Assembly (NCBI GenBank): GCA_945901095.1
Contig: CAMDKQ010000003.1
Span: 1-50,030 of the forward strand
Source: Bifidobacterium breve
GTDB lineage: Bacteria > Actinomycetota > Actinomycetes > S36-B12
DNA length: 50,030 nt
Reading direction: 5' to 3'
Below the pieces are notes generated by a model, which saw only the letters and a list, made by a program, of their open reading frames with translations, had not been told where the DNA came from and ran no database searches. Both the position numbers and the translations under genes were made by a program. Below are positions 1 to 8,391 of this stretch, piece by piece (position 1 is the first letter of the stretch; every line of letters begins with the position of its first letter).

Positions 1-69
1 CGGGATATCCTTCGTCAAAGAGACGTCGGGATGACTCGCATCCCCATCATGAGACATCGGGGTACGGCT

Positions 70-987
70 ATGAGAACACGCATGAAACTGCTGACTGTTG
101 GGTTGGTGCTCGTTACTGCTGCGGTGGCGGGGTGTTCGTCGACGACAGCGGGACCTGCTGGCGCGATACAGGACGACGTTGAGATGGCGGGGTCGCCACC
201 GGCGTCATCGTCTGCCGGTCCCACTTCCTCGCCTGGCTCGATCATCCCCAGCTCCGCACCGACCGAGGCACCGGCAAGCCCGGTTGCGTCGCCGACGGAT
301 TTACCTTCGCTGCCGGCAGCGGTTTACGTCCCGGCGGACAATCTCGGAGGCAGCACGAGCACCGCCTCTGTCTGCGACTTGGGTCTGGAGTACGAATGCG
401 GTGGTATCGGTTCAAGTGGCGTGGGCACCGTCTTTTATGCCTCGGCCGTCCCCTTCAAGTGCGGGCAGTACATGACGTCCTCATGCAACTACCTTGAGTC
501 TGCCCCGAACTTGTGGGCACCAAACTCCCAGAGCACTTGCAAGCTGACTGGGAGTGCGTGCGGTGGCAGTAATCAGTACACCTCGGACTTCTCCGACACC
601 GGGAACGGCATCACATGGTGCACGGGGAAGGGGGAGACGTCGAGCATCTCCGGCGCCGTGAACGATGCGATCGGGTCGGGATTCTCGAACACCTTGGCTA
701 TCATCCCAATGTGCAATCCAGGCGACGCGGCCAATGCCGCCCAGCGGTACGAGGGTGGCCGCAAGATCGACTGGGCTCTGCCATCTCGGGACGAACTCTA
801 CGCCCTCTTCCTCTACTCGAACCGGGCCGCGATTGGCGGGTTCCCGTCTGAGTCGTACTGGAGTTCCTCACAGTACGATGAAAAGGAAAAATACGCGTAC
901 GCCCGCTTCTTCACAGAGGGCAGCACGGGAATCTTGCTCCCGAGCAAGGATGAACCGCTCGGCGTCCGCCCGGTGCGGGCGTTTTAG
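70..987 (+). CDS. Lipoprotein with Pro/Ser-rich linker and C-terminal DUF1566/Lcl (C-type lectin-like) domain
   Basis: Signal peptide with lipobox VAGC; motifs DWALPSRDEL, YWSSS and terminal VRPVRAF. Start moved to ATG 70 by alignment with the paralog at 1769. Confidence 0.75.
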   Translation: MRTRMKLLTVGLVLVTAAVAGCSSTTAGPAGAIQDDVEMAGSPPASSSAGPTSSPGSIIPSSAPTEAPASPVASPTDLPSLPAAVYVPADNLGGSTSTASVCDLGLEYECGGIGSSGVGTVFYASAVPFKCGQYMTSSCNYLESAPNLWAPNSQSTCKLTGSACGGSNQYTSDFSDTGNGITWCTGKGETSSISGAVNDAIGSGFSNTLAIIPMCNPGDAANAAQRYEGGRKIDWALPSRDELYALFLYSNRAAIGGFPSESYWSSSQYDEKEKYAYARFFTEGSTGILLPSKDEPLGVRPVRAF

Positions 988-990
988 CAA

Positions 991-1400
991 TTCATCGTCT
1001 ATTTGCTCATCCTTGTTTCAAGAATCAGGTGTTTGTTTGCCTGGTGTTTGGGGTCGGCCTTGATGGTGGAAGGTCGGCCCCAACCTTCATTCCACGATGG
1101 TGTCCGCCGAGGGCGCAAGCGTCGTCGAGGCTGACAGCTAGGAAGTTATTGCCGCTTGGCCCGCAGGATGATTGGTGTTGGCCAAGCGGTCTTCCCGAGC
1201 CCTTCACCAGACTGAATCTTGCAGACAGTCCCTGTGGGTCGGCTGGCGCATTGGTGATCACGCCCCTGCATGCGTCGCGCAAATGCTATTCACCCTCCGC
1301 AGTCATCGTGTCCGCCATGTGAAGGTGGAGCGGTCCGGTGGATTGAGGACGGGTCCAGGTCGCGTGATCGCTGGCAAGGGTCCGCAAGTCCATTGCTGAT
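991..1400. ncRNA. Putative structured noncoding element (possible IS110-family noncoding end remnant)
   Basis: No credible ORF; stems at 1048-1061/1070-1083, 1151-1161/1180-1190, 1141-1145/1191-1195, 1210-1214/1226-1230 and 1311-1316/1324-1329. The family assignment is from recollection only. Confidence 0.4.
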
Positions 1401-1476
1401 TTTGCCATCCTTTAGCGCTTCTGGGACGGCGTCGGACGATCTCGGTGCGTGTGCAAATACCACGACGACCCGGAGA

Positions 1477-1721
1477 CTATTCCCCGCGCTCGTCCACGTA
1501 GCGGGCGATCAGCGACCCCGGTACCCATCCCTTCTCGTTCACCTCGATGCCCTTGGACATGGCCACGCGCGTACCTCGGCGGTCGTCACCCGTGACGTTG
1601 CCGTTCGGGGCTGGGTCAGCGGCGGGGACGGTGCATCGACCTCCTTGTCCGGACTGGGCGCCCCGAGTCGCCGCGCATCGCCGTCGACCTTGATGCCGCA
1701 CGCATCGCATGCCCGCACCAT
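1477..1721 (-). pseudogene. Lsr2-like nucleoid-associated protein, frameshifted
   Basis: ORF 1539-1721 ends TTAEVRAW; restoring one G near 1562 continues AMSKGIEVNEKGWVPGSLIARY, matching the Lsr2 DNA-binding consensus. Confidence 0.65.
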
Positions 1722-1768
1722 CCGGTGAATATGACTGACATCGCCATCGTGACAGATCGGGATATGAA

Positions 1769-2600
1769 ATGAGAACTCGCCTGAAAGTGCTCACCGTGGG
1801 TGTGGTGCTCGTCACCGCTGCGGTGGCGGGATGCTCCTCCACGACAGGCTCATCCGGGGCGGTGCAGGACGACGCGCCTGCATCATCGGCGGCAGCACCT
1901 GCGGCCTCGACTGGTCCTACCTCTTCACCTGACCCGGTCACCCCCACCGCCGAACCTGCTGAGGCAGCGGCAAACCCGGTTGCGTCGCCGACGGATTCAC
2001 CTGTGCTAACAGGGGGCAGCAAGAACTGCAATACGGGTCTGGCGTACTCGTGTGGTCAAATCGGACCTGGTGGCGGCACCGTTTTCTATGCGCAGTCGAC
2101 ACCTTTCACATTGAGTAATGGCTACACGGCGGCCTGCAGCAACAATTATAAGTACCTCGAGGTACAACAAGTGCAACTGCCAGAGATGCCTTGGTGCGTG
2201 GGACCGGGTGCAAAGACGTCCGTATCGCCGGGTACGGGAGCAGCAATCGGGACCAGATACTCGAACACGCAGACAATGGCCACGTTCTCCGGTTACTGCT
2301 CATCGGGTGCGGCAAACGCAGCAATAACGTCAACCAGTGGGGGGTACACAGACTGGTTCGTACCCTCACAGAGTGAAATCAAATTGATGCAATTTTGTTC
2401 TTCCCTGTTTCACGAAACAGTTGTTCGTCTCCCCGGCAGGTGGGCGTTGGTCTTGCGTCGTGAATGCAGACCCCCAGCCTATTGCTTGCCAGCAACGACC
2501 TGAGCTTCACTCCTTCGCCACTCCTTGCCAGTTCATGTCGAATCGGTGTCAGTGGCAGCGCCGTCAGCAGCACGAACGTGGCCCCATCAAGAACCTCACT
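1769..2600 (+). pseudogene. Second DUF1566-type lipoprotein paralog with degraded C-terminus (ORF 1769-2503)
   Basis: Near-identical signal peptide and lipobox; GGGTVFYA and DWFVPSQSE motifs present; in-frame YWSS and VRPVR motifs absent. End coordinate approximate. Confidence 0.55.
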
Positions 2601-2672
2601 GTGTTCGCAGTGGACGCCGAGGTCAACTCGATTGAAACGACCAGCCTGCCAAGCACGCCTGCACTTCGGCGA

Positions 2673-2885
2673 CTTACCCGCGGCGTGGCCGCCTTGGCAG
2701 GGGTCGTTCACGACACGATCAAGGGCTAACACAAGTTGGCGAGGGGTGGGCATCGCTGCATGCTGGTTGCCGACCTTTACATCGGGCGCAAGCCGGTCTG
2801 GTCCCGGTCGACCATCAAGGAGTGGCTCATCAGTAGGGGGCAGGTGGCGCTGGTCGAGGGTTGGCAGGAGGTCCCGTTCGGGTAG
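2673..2885 (+). pseudogene. AlpA/excisionase-like HTH protein remnant with internal stop
   Basis: One frame reads LTRGVAALAGVVHDTIKG*HKLARGGHRCMLVADLYIGRKPVWSRSTIKEWL; TAA at 2727-2729. Confidence 0.5.
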
Positions 2886-3100
2886 TCCCGTTCGCCGATT
2901 CGGGGGGCTTGCGTGTAGGCTCCGTCTCGCACGATTCCCGCTGAATTTGCAACTTGGGGAAAATGTGTGAGATTAGGAATCGGGGCAGGTCCTGTCACTA
3001 TGGTGACAAGATCTGAGCACGGTGACAGTCTTGTGACAACTAAAGATCGGGGCCACACGGAGTTAATCCGTGAGGGAATGCAGGAAAAGCAAATGAGTTT

Positions 3101-3172
3101 TGGGGTATGGGGTAATTGGCAGCCCTGCTGATTCTGGTTCAGTAAGTCTAGGTTCGAGTCCTGGTACCCCAG
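3101..3172 (+). tRNA. tRNA-Gln (CTG)
   Basis: Acceptor TGGGGTA/TACCCCA, anticodon arm GCTGA-TTCTGGT-TCAGT, T-loop TTCGAGT; CCA not encoded. Confidence 0.97.
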
Positions 3173-3236
3173 CGACACGCGCGACCGCCCGAGGTCACGC
3201 AGTCATGTGCGAGGTGTATGTCGCTCGCACGCGTAC

Positions 3237-3309
3237 GGCCCCGTTGTGTAGTGGCCTAGCACGCCGCCCTCTCAAGGCGGTAGCGCGGGTTCGAATCCCG
3301 TCGGGGCTA
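3237..3309 (+). tRNA. tRNA-Glu (CTC)
   Basis: Acceptor GGCCCCG/CGGGGCT, anticodon arm CCGCC-CTCTCAA-GGCGG, T-loop TTCGAAT. Confidence 0.97.
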
Positions 3310-3313
3310 CGCA

Positions 3314-3348
3314 GGAAGGGATCTCCCACCGAGTGGGAGGTCCCTTCT
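3314..3348. terminator. Stem-loop, probable bidirectional terminator
   Basis: GGAAGGGATCTCCCAC-CGA-GTGGGAGGTCCCTTCT between tRNA-Glu and the convergent IclR gene. Confidence 0.7.
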
Positions 3349-3384
3349 CAATGTTGGGGGTGTTGCGCGCGTGAGCGAGTCGGG

Positions 3385-4071
3385 TTACGCGAGGGAGTGA
3401 GCGGCCGCCATGAGGTGACGTCGTTGGGCAACTGACGGTGTTGCTAGGCGTTCGATGGGGCCGGAGATGCTGACGGCTGCAATCACGGTGCCGTTGGTTC
3501 CGAGCACAGGGGCAGAAATCGATGCGACCCCCGCCTCACGCTGGCCGATGCTCTGCGCCCAGCCTCGCCTGCGCACATCGGCGAGGGTGACTGCGGTGTA
3601 CGCAGCGCCGCTGAGCATTGCTGATCGTTCATCTGACGGCAGCCAGGCCGCAAGCACTTGCGCAGCCGACCCCGCCTTCATGGTGAGGATGGCACCGACG
3701 GGCACGGTGTCGCGCAGGCCGCTGGCGGGCTCGGCCGAGGCGATGCACAGTCGGTCACCGTAGGCCCGCCTATACACCTGAGCGCTCTCGCCGGTGTCGT
3801 CACGAAGGCGGAGGACGGCCTGCTGGGCGCGGGCGAGCCATGGGTCTGCACCCGCTGACCAGCGGGCGAACGTGGGACCGAGGATGAACCTTCCTTCGGC
3901 ATCACGGTCGAGGACCCCGTGATGCTCGAGGGCGACAGCGAGGCGATGGGCGGTTGGGCGAGGCAGTCCGGTCATCGAGACGAGGTCGGCGAGGGAGCAT
4001 GGCGCGCCGCTCACGGCTGAAAGTACGGACACCGTCTTGTCGACGACGCCGACGCCACTAGAGTTGTCCAC
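3385..4071 (-). CDS. ndgR: IclR-family regulator, NdgR/LtbR type
   Basis: N-terminus (V)DNSSGVGVVDK, HTH LPRPTAHRLA, C-terminal GVASISAPV and AVSISGP; divergent from leuC. Confidence 0.9.
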   Translation of the reverse strand: MDNSSGVGVVDKTVSVLSAVSGAPCSLADLVSMTGLPRPTAHRLAVALEHHGVLDRDAEGRFILGPTFARWSAGADPWLARAQQAVLRLRDDTGESAQVYRRAYGDRLCIASAEPASGLRDTVPVGAILTMKAGSAAQVLAAWLPSDERSAMLSGAAYTAVTLADVRRRGWAQSIGQREAGVASISAPVLGTNGTVIAAVSISGPIERLATPSVAQRRHLMAAAHSLA

Positions 4072-4085
4072 GTACTGATACTGCT

Positions 4086-4102
4086 GTCTCACGATGTGAG
4101 AC
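4086..4102. promoter_or_regulatory. Palindromic operator, probably bound by the IclR regulator
   Basis: Perfect inverted repeat GTCTCAC-GAT-GTGAGAC in the ndgR/leuC intergenic region. Confidence 0.65.
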
Positions 4103-4183
4103 GTCAAGTTCCGTGGATGTTCGGAGTCGAAGTAAACGTGCTGCAAGGGTACCGCTCGAGCAGCCACGAGTTGAGGAGTGAAC

Positions 4184-5593
4184 ATGGGCCGGACGCTGGC
4201 TGAGAAAGTATGGGAATCCCATGTGGTGCGCCGATTCGAGGGCGAGCCAGACCTGCTGTACATCGACCTGCACCTCGTTCACGAGGTCACCTCGCCCCAG
4301 GCGTTCGACGGCCTTCGGTTATCTGGCCGCGGCGTTCGTCGCACCGATCTCACCCTCGCGACAGAGGACCACAACATCCCAACCATCAACATCGACCAGC
4401 CGATCGCTGACCCGATCTCGCGGGCCCAGGTTGAAGCCCTGCGCACCAACTGCGCCGAGTTCGGGGTTCCGCTCTATTCGCTCGGCAACGTCGAGCAGGG
4501 GATCGTTCATGTGGTCGGCCCGCAACTTGGACTCACCCAGCCCGGCATGACCGTCGTGTGCGGTGACTCGCACACCTCGACGCACGGTGCATTCGGGGCG
4601 CTTGCATTCGGTATCGGCACGAGCGAGGTCGAGCATGTGCTCGCGACCCAGACATTGCCCTTGAAGCCTTTCAAGACGATGGCGATTACCGTTGAGGGAG
4701 ACCTCCCTACAGGTGTCACGGCCAAGGACGTCATCCTCGCTGTAATCGCGAAGATCGGCACAGGCGGGGGGCAGGGGTATGTGCTCGAATACCGCGGCTC
4801 CGCGATCGAGGCGCTCTCGATCGAGGGTCGCATGACGATCTGCAACATGTCGATCGAGGCTGGCGCCCGTGCAGGCATGATCGCGCCTGACGACACCACA
4901 TTTGAGTACCTCAATGGCCGAGATCACGCCCCGAAGGAAGCCGAGTGGGATGTCGCCGTCGAGTACTGGCGCACGCTGCGTACCGACGATGATGCAACCT
5001 TCGACGCTGAGGTCGTTCTCGATGCATCCGCACTGAGTCCCTTTGTGACGTGGGGAACCAACCCGGGCCAGGGCCTCCCGCTCTCCGGCTCTGTGCCTTC
5101 TCCTGCGAACGCGGCGGACGAGGGCGAGAGAGCAGCCATCGCGCACGCACTGGAGTACATGGGGCTCACGCCCGGTATGCCATTGCGCGACATCGCGGTC
5201 GACACAGTCTTCGTCGGCTCGTGCACGAACGGTCGAATCGAGGATTTGCGCGCGGTTGCCGAGGTGCTCAAAGGCCGCGCGGTCGCGCCCTCGGTTCGCA
5301 TGCTCATCGTGCCGGGCTCAGTTCGAGTCAGGCACCAGGCTCAGGAGGAGGGCCTTGACGAGATCTTCATCGCAGCCGGGGCCGAGTGGCGCGAGGCTGG
5401 CTGCTCAATGTGCTTGGCGATGAATCCAGACAAACTCGCCCCAGGGGAGCGCAGTGCCTCGACGTCCAACCGAAATTTCGAGGGCAGGCAGGGCCCAGGG
5501 GGACGAACCCACCTCGTCTCGCCCGCGGTCGCTGCTGCCACCGCGGTGACCGGCCACCTTGCCGCGCCGTCCGATCTCGTATCCATCGTCTGA
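4184..5593 (+). CDS. leuC: 3-isopropylmalate dehydratase large subunit
   Basis: [55 protein letters not shown]; RBS GAGGAG. Confidence 0.98.
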   Translation: MGRTLAEKVWESHVVRRFEGEPDLLYIDLHLVHEVTSPQAFDGLRLSGRGVRRTDLTLATEDHNIPTINIDQPIADPISRAQVEALRTNCAEFGVPLYSLGNVEQGIVHVVGPQLGLTQPGMTVVCGDSHTSTHGAFGALAFGIGTSEVEHVLATQTLPLKPFKTMAITVEGDLPTGVTAKDVILAVIAKIGTGGGQGYVLEYRGSAIEALSIEGRMTICNMSIEAGARAGMIAPDDTTFEYLNGRDHAPKEAEWDVAVEYWRTLRTDDDATFDAEVVLDASALSPFVTWGTNPGQGLPLSGSVPSPANAADEGERAAIAHALEYMGLTPGMPLRDIAVDTVFVGSCTNGRIEDLRAVAEVLKGRAVAPSVRMLIVPGSVRVRHQAQEEGLDEIFIAAGAEWREAGCSMCLAMNPDKLAPGERSASTSNRNFEGRQGPGGRTHLVSPAVAAATAVTGHLAAPSDLVSIV

Positions 5594-5606
5594 ATCGGGA
5601 GTCATC

Positions 5607-6194
5607 ATGGAATCATTCGTTCGTCATACCGGGACGGCACTGCCGCTGCGCCGGAGCAATGTCGATACCGATCAGATCATCCCGGCCGAGTATCTCAAGC
5701 GCATTACGCGTCATGGGTTCGAGGATGGTCTTTTTGCGGCCTGGCGCAAGGATCCGGGCTTTGTGCTGAACCAACCGCATCATGCCGATGTGAGCATCTT
5801 GGTTGCCGGCCCGGATTTCGGCACCGGATCCTCCCGGGAGCACGCCGTGTGGGCGCTGCAGAACTACGGATTCAAGGCGGTGCTGTCCTCGCGCTTCGCG
5901 GACATCTTCCGAGGTAACTCAGGCAAGGGTGGCCTGCTTACCGCCCAAGTCGATCAGTCGGTCATCGAGGCCTTGTGGACCGCGATCGAGGCGAACCCTG
6001 ACCTTGAGGTCACGGTCGATCTCGAGGAGCGTGAGGTGAGGGCGGGCTCCATCGTCGCCCCGATTGACGTTGACGATTACGTGCGTTGGAGGCTCATGGA
6101 AGGGCTGGATGATATCGGCATCACGCTGGCTCATGTCGATGCGATTTCAACCTTTGAGTCCAATCGTCCGAGCTTCATGCCGAAGACCGCTTAG
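5607..6194 (+). CDS. leuD: 3-isopropylmalate dehydratase small subunit
   Basis: [32 protein letters not shown]. Confidence 0.98.
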   Translation: MESFVRHTGTALPLRRSNVDTDQIIPAEYLKRITRHGFEDGLFAAWRKDPGFVLNQPHHADVSILVAGPDFGTGSSREHAVWALQNYGFKAVLSSRFADIFRGNSGKGGLLTAQVDQSVIEALWTAIEANPDLEVTVDLEEREVRAGSIVAPIDVDDYVRWRLMEGLDDIGITLAHVDAISTFESNRPSFMPKTA

Positions 6195-6345
6195 CCCTGC
6201 GAAACGCCAAAGAGCTTCCGAAATAAGGGGGATGCCACTGCTCGATGGCGGGCGGTGGAATGTCAGCGTGCGTGATTCCAAGGATCGCAGTATGTTATCG
6301 CCGTCGGCATAGGGTCGACCTAGTACCCTTCGGAGGTTTTTTCTC

Positions 6346-6804
6346 GTGAACAAGGCTGAACTTATCGAGGTCGTGGCTGCTCGTCTCGGACACAGCAAGC
6401 GCGACGTCACCGACATTGTCGAAGCGTTCATCGAAGAGACAAAAAAGGCCGTCATCAAGGGCGAAAAAGTAACGATGAGCGGCTTTGGCGTGTTCGAACG
6501 GCAGGCTCGCAGGGCCCGTCTCGGACGCAACCCGCGTACCGGTGAGTCGGTGAAGATCAAGGCAACAAAGCTTCCTAAGTTCCGCCCCGGCACGGAGTTC
6601 AAGGCCGTTGTGTCTGGTGCGAAGAAGCTCGTTCCCAAGGCGCCGGCGGGGCCGGCCGCGAAGAAGGCCGCTCCCGTGACGAAGGCGGCCCCCGCCAAGA
6701 AGGCGCCTGCCGTGAAGAAGGCCGCTCCGGCAAAGAAGGCTGCTCCCGCCAAAAAAGCCGCTCCCGCGAAGGCTGCTCCTGCAAAGAGGGCCGCTGCACG
6801 CTAG
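6346..6804 (+). CDS. hupB: HU-family DNA-binding protein with Lys/Ala/Pro-rich tail (HupB/HupS type)
   Basis: MNKAELI, GFGVF, GRNPRTGE, PKFRPG; C-terminal PAKKA repeats. Confidence 0.92.
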   Translation: MNKAELIEVVAARLGHSKRDVTDIVEAFIEETKKAVIKGEKVTMSGFGVFERQARRARLGRNPRTGESVKIKATKLPKFRPGTEFKAVVSGAKKLVPKAPAGPAAKKAAPVTKAAPAKKAPAVKKAAPAKKAAPAKKAAPAKAAPAKRAAAR

Positions 6805-6835
6805 ATCTATCCACCGCAATGGCCTGAAGTTCTCG

Positions 6836-6873
6836 ATGAGGGGATCCCCGATAGATGTTGGGGGTCCCCTCAT
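6836..6873 (+). terminator. Stem-loop terminator after HU gene
   Basis: ATGAGGGGATCCCCGA ... TTGGGGGTCCCCTCAT inverted repeat. Confidence 0.7.
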
Positions 6874-6958
6874 TCGCCATTTGATCGAGGTAATTGCGCC
6901 CGAAGAGAGTAACGAGAATGCTCCTTCAAAAACGCATTGCTCCTGCTGAGAGGTCCAC

Positions 6959-7777
6959 ATGTCAGATCACCCCGTGAGCGAGTCGACAGCGGAACCGGGT
7001 GAGCCCCGCGTCGCCATCGTCACAGGTGCGGCAACCGGAATCGGCCGGGCCGCGGCCGAGGTATTTGCCGACCGGGGTTACGCAGTGGTGGCCGTCGACA
7101 TCTCGACCGAGGCACTCGCCTGGGCCACTGAACGCGAGGATATGCGGATACTCGTGGGGGATGTGAGTGACGATGCGGTGGCCGCTGAAATGGTGACGTT
7201 CGCACTTGAGACATTCGGTCGGCTCGACACCGTCGTGCTCAATGCCGGGATCGCGCGCCGAATCGGCTGGCAGGACGCGGACGCCATGGCGCTCTTCGAT
7301 CGCATCATGGCCGTGAATGTGCGTGGAGTGGTCTCGGGAATCCGGCATGCGGCCCCCGCTATGGCCGAGCGTGGCGGCGGTGCGATCGTTGCAACAGCAT
7401 CAACATCAGGCGTCGGTGGTGACCCGGAGCGCTGGGCCTACAACGCGTCGAAGGCCGCGGTCATCAATCTCGTCAAGGCTGCCGCGATCGACTTTGGGGC
7501 GAGGGGAGTCCGAGTGAACGCGGTAGCCCCTGGACCGACCCTCACGCCAATTCTTCAGGGCGGCGCCGTCACGCAGGAGCATCTCGAGGCACTGCGTCGT
7601 CCGATTCCTTTGCAGCGACTCGTACGACCGCAGGAGCAGGCTGAGGTCATCTGGTTCCTTGGCACTCCTGCTTCAAGTTTCGTGACCGGGACCACAGTGA
7701 TGTGCGACGGTGGGATCACCGCGAACGCCGGAATCTTTCCGCCCCCGAGCGCGACCCTGTCAGACGTTCACCATTGA
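6959..7777 (+). CDS. Short-chain dehydrogenase/reductase
   Basis: TGAATGIG, NAG, YNASK catalytic motif, VRVNAVAPG. Confidence 0.93.
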   Translation: MSDHPVSESTAEPGEPRVAIVTGAATGIGRAAAEVFADRGYAVVAVDISTEALAWATEREDMRILVGDVSDDAVAAEMVTFALETFGRLDTVVLNAGIARRIGWQDADAMALFDRIMAVNVRGVVSGIRHAAPAMAERGGGAIVATASTSGVGGDPERWAYNASKAAVINLVKAAAIDFGARGVRVNAVAPGPTLTPILQGGAVTQEHLEALRRPIPLQRLVRPQEQAEVIWFLGTPASSFVTGTTVMCDGGITANAGIFPPPSATLSDVHH

Positions 7778-7848
7778 TTGCCCATCCCGTGGGCGATGAA
7801 GTGTGTCGTAACCATGAGCACATCGATGTATGAAGGATTGGGTGAGGT

Positions 7849-8391
7849 ATGAGCGAATCTGACGCTGACGTGTTCGTCACTGGATGGCTAGGGGCTAGTC
7901 TCACGGCCGCGCTGGCAGCCCGCGAGGCAATCCGCGAGGTGGCCTATCGCTATGCGCGAGGTGTTGACCGACTCGATGCCGATGTCATGCGTTCGGCCTA
8001 CTGGCCTGACGCGACTGATGATCACGGACGGTTCAGTGGGAATGGTTGGGAGTTCGTCGATCGAGTCATGTCAACGCATGGTCGGTGGCGCGCGACGATG
8101 CACTGCAACATGAACCACAGCATCGAATTCGATGAGGGAGGAATGACGGCGCGTGGGGAGATCTCGAATCTCACCTACCTGATTCCAGATGATGATGGCC
8201 CGTGGTCATTGTGGCTGGGCCGATATCTTGATCGGTACGAGTGTCGTGGCGACGAATGGCGGATCACCCACCGGGTGTGCGTCCACGAGGGCACGACGAC
8301 ACTGCCGAACGCACCAATGCAGATGGACCCCTCAGTGTTCAGACAGGGATCAGTCGACCGTCCGAGCGACGGCCGGCCGCTCGGCACCTGA
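7849..8391 (+). CDS. SnoaL/NTF2-like protein
   Basis: AIREVAYRYARGVDRLD, YWPDATDDHG, GRYLDRYECRGDEWRITHR. Confidence 0.85.
   Translation: MSESDADVFVTGWLGASLTAALAAREAIREVAYRYARGVDRLDADVMRSAYWPDATDDHGRFSGNGWEFVDRVMSTHGRWRATMHCNMNHSIEFDEGGMTARGEISNLTYLIPDDDGPWSLWLGRYLDRYECRGDEWRITHRVCVHEGTTTLPNAPMQMDPSVFRQGSVDRPSDGRPLGT

Noticed and set aside
850-1100. Complete diversity-generating retroelement at the first lipoprotein
   Set aside because: No reverse transcriptase or template repeat in the window, and the putative variable region has many purine-ending codons (GAA, AAG, AAA) rather than the NNY pattern expected from AAY templates.
1025-1399. Short ORFs of 75-97 aa in the structured region
   Set aside because: Overlapping on both strands, no RBS or motifs; noncoding structure explains the region better.
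3101-3309. tRNA 3'-end duplication marking an att site
   Set aside because: No second copy of either tRNA end noticed in the window (by eye only).
4072-4263. Long N-terminal extensions given by the ORF track for ndgR (also cofC, rpsP, rplS, lepB, kinase)
   Set aside because: Extensions overlap neighbouring genes or leaders; downstream starts fit family N-termini and RBS or overlap patterns.
6640-6800. PAKKA repeat array as a novel repeat
   Set aside because: Known histone-like tail of actinobacterial HU proteins.
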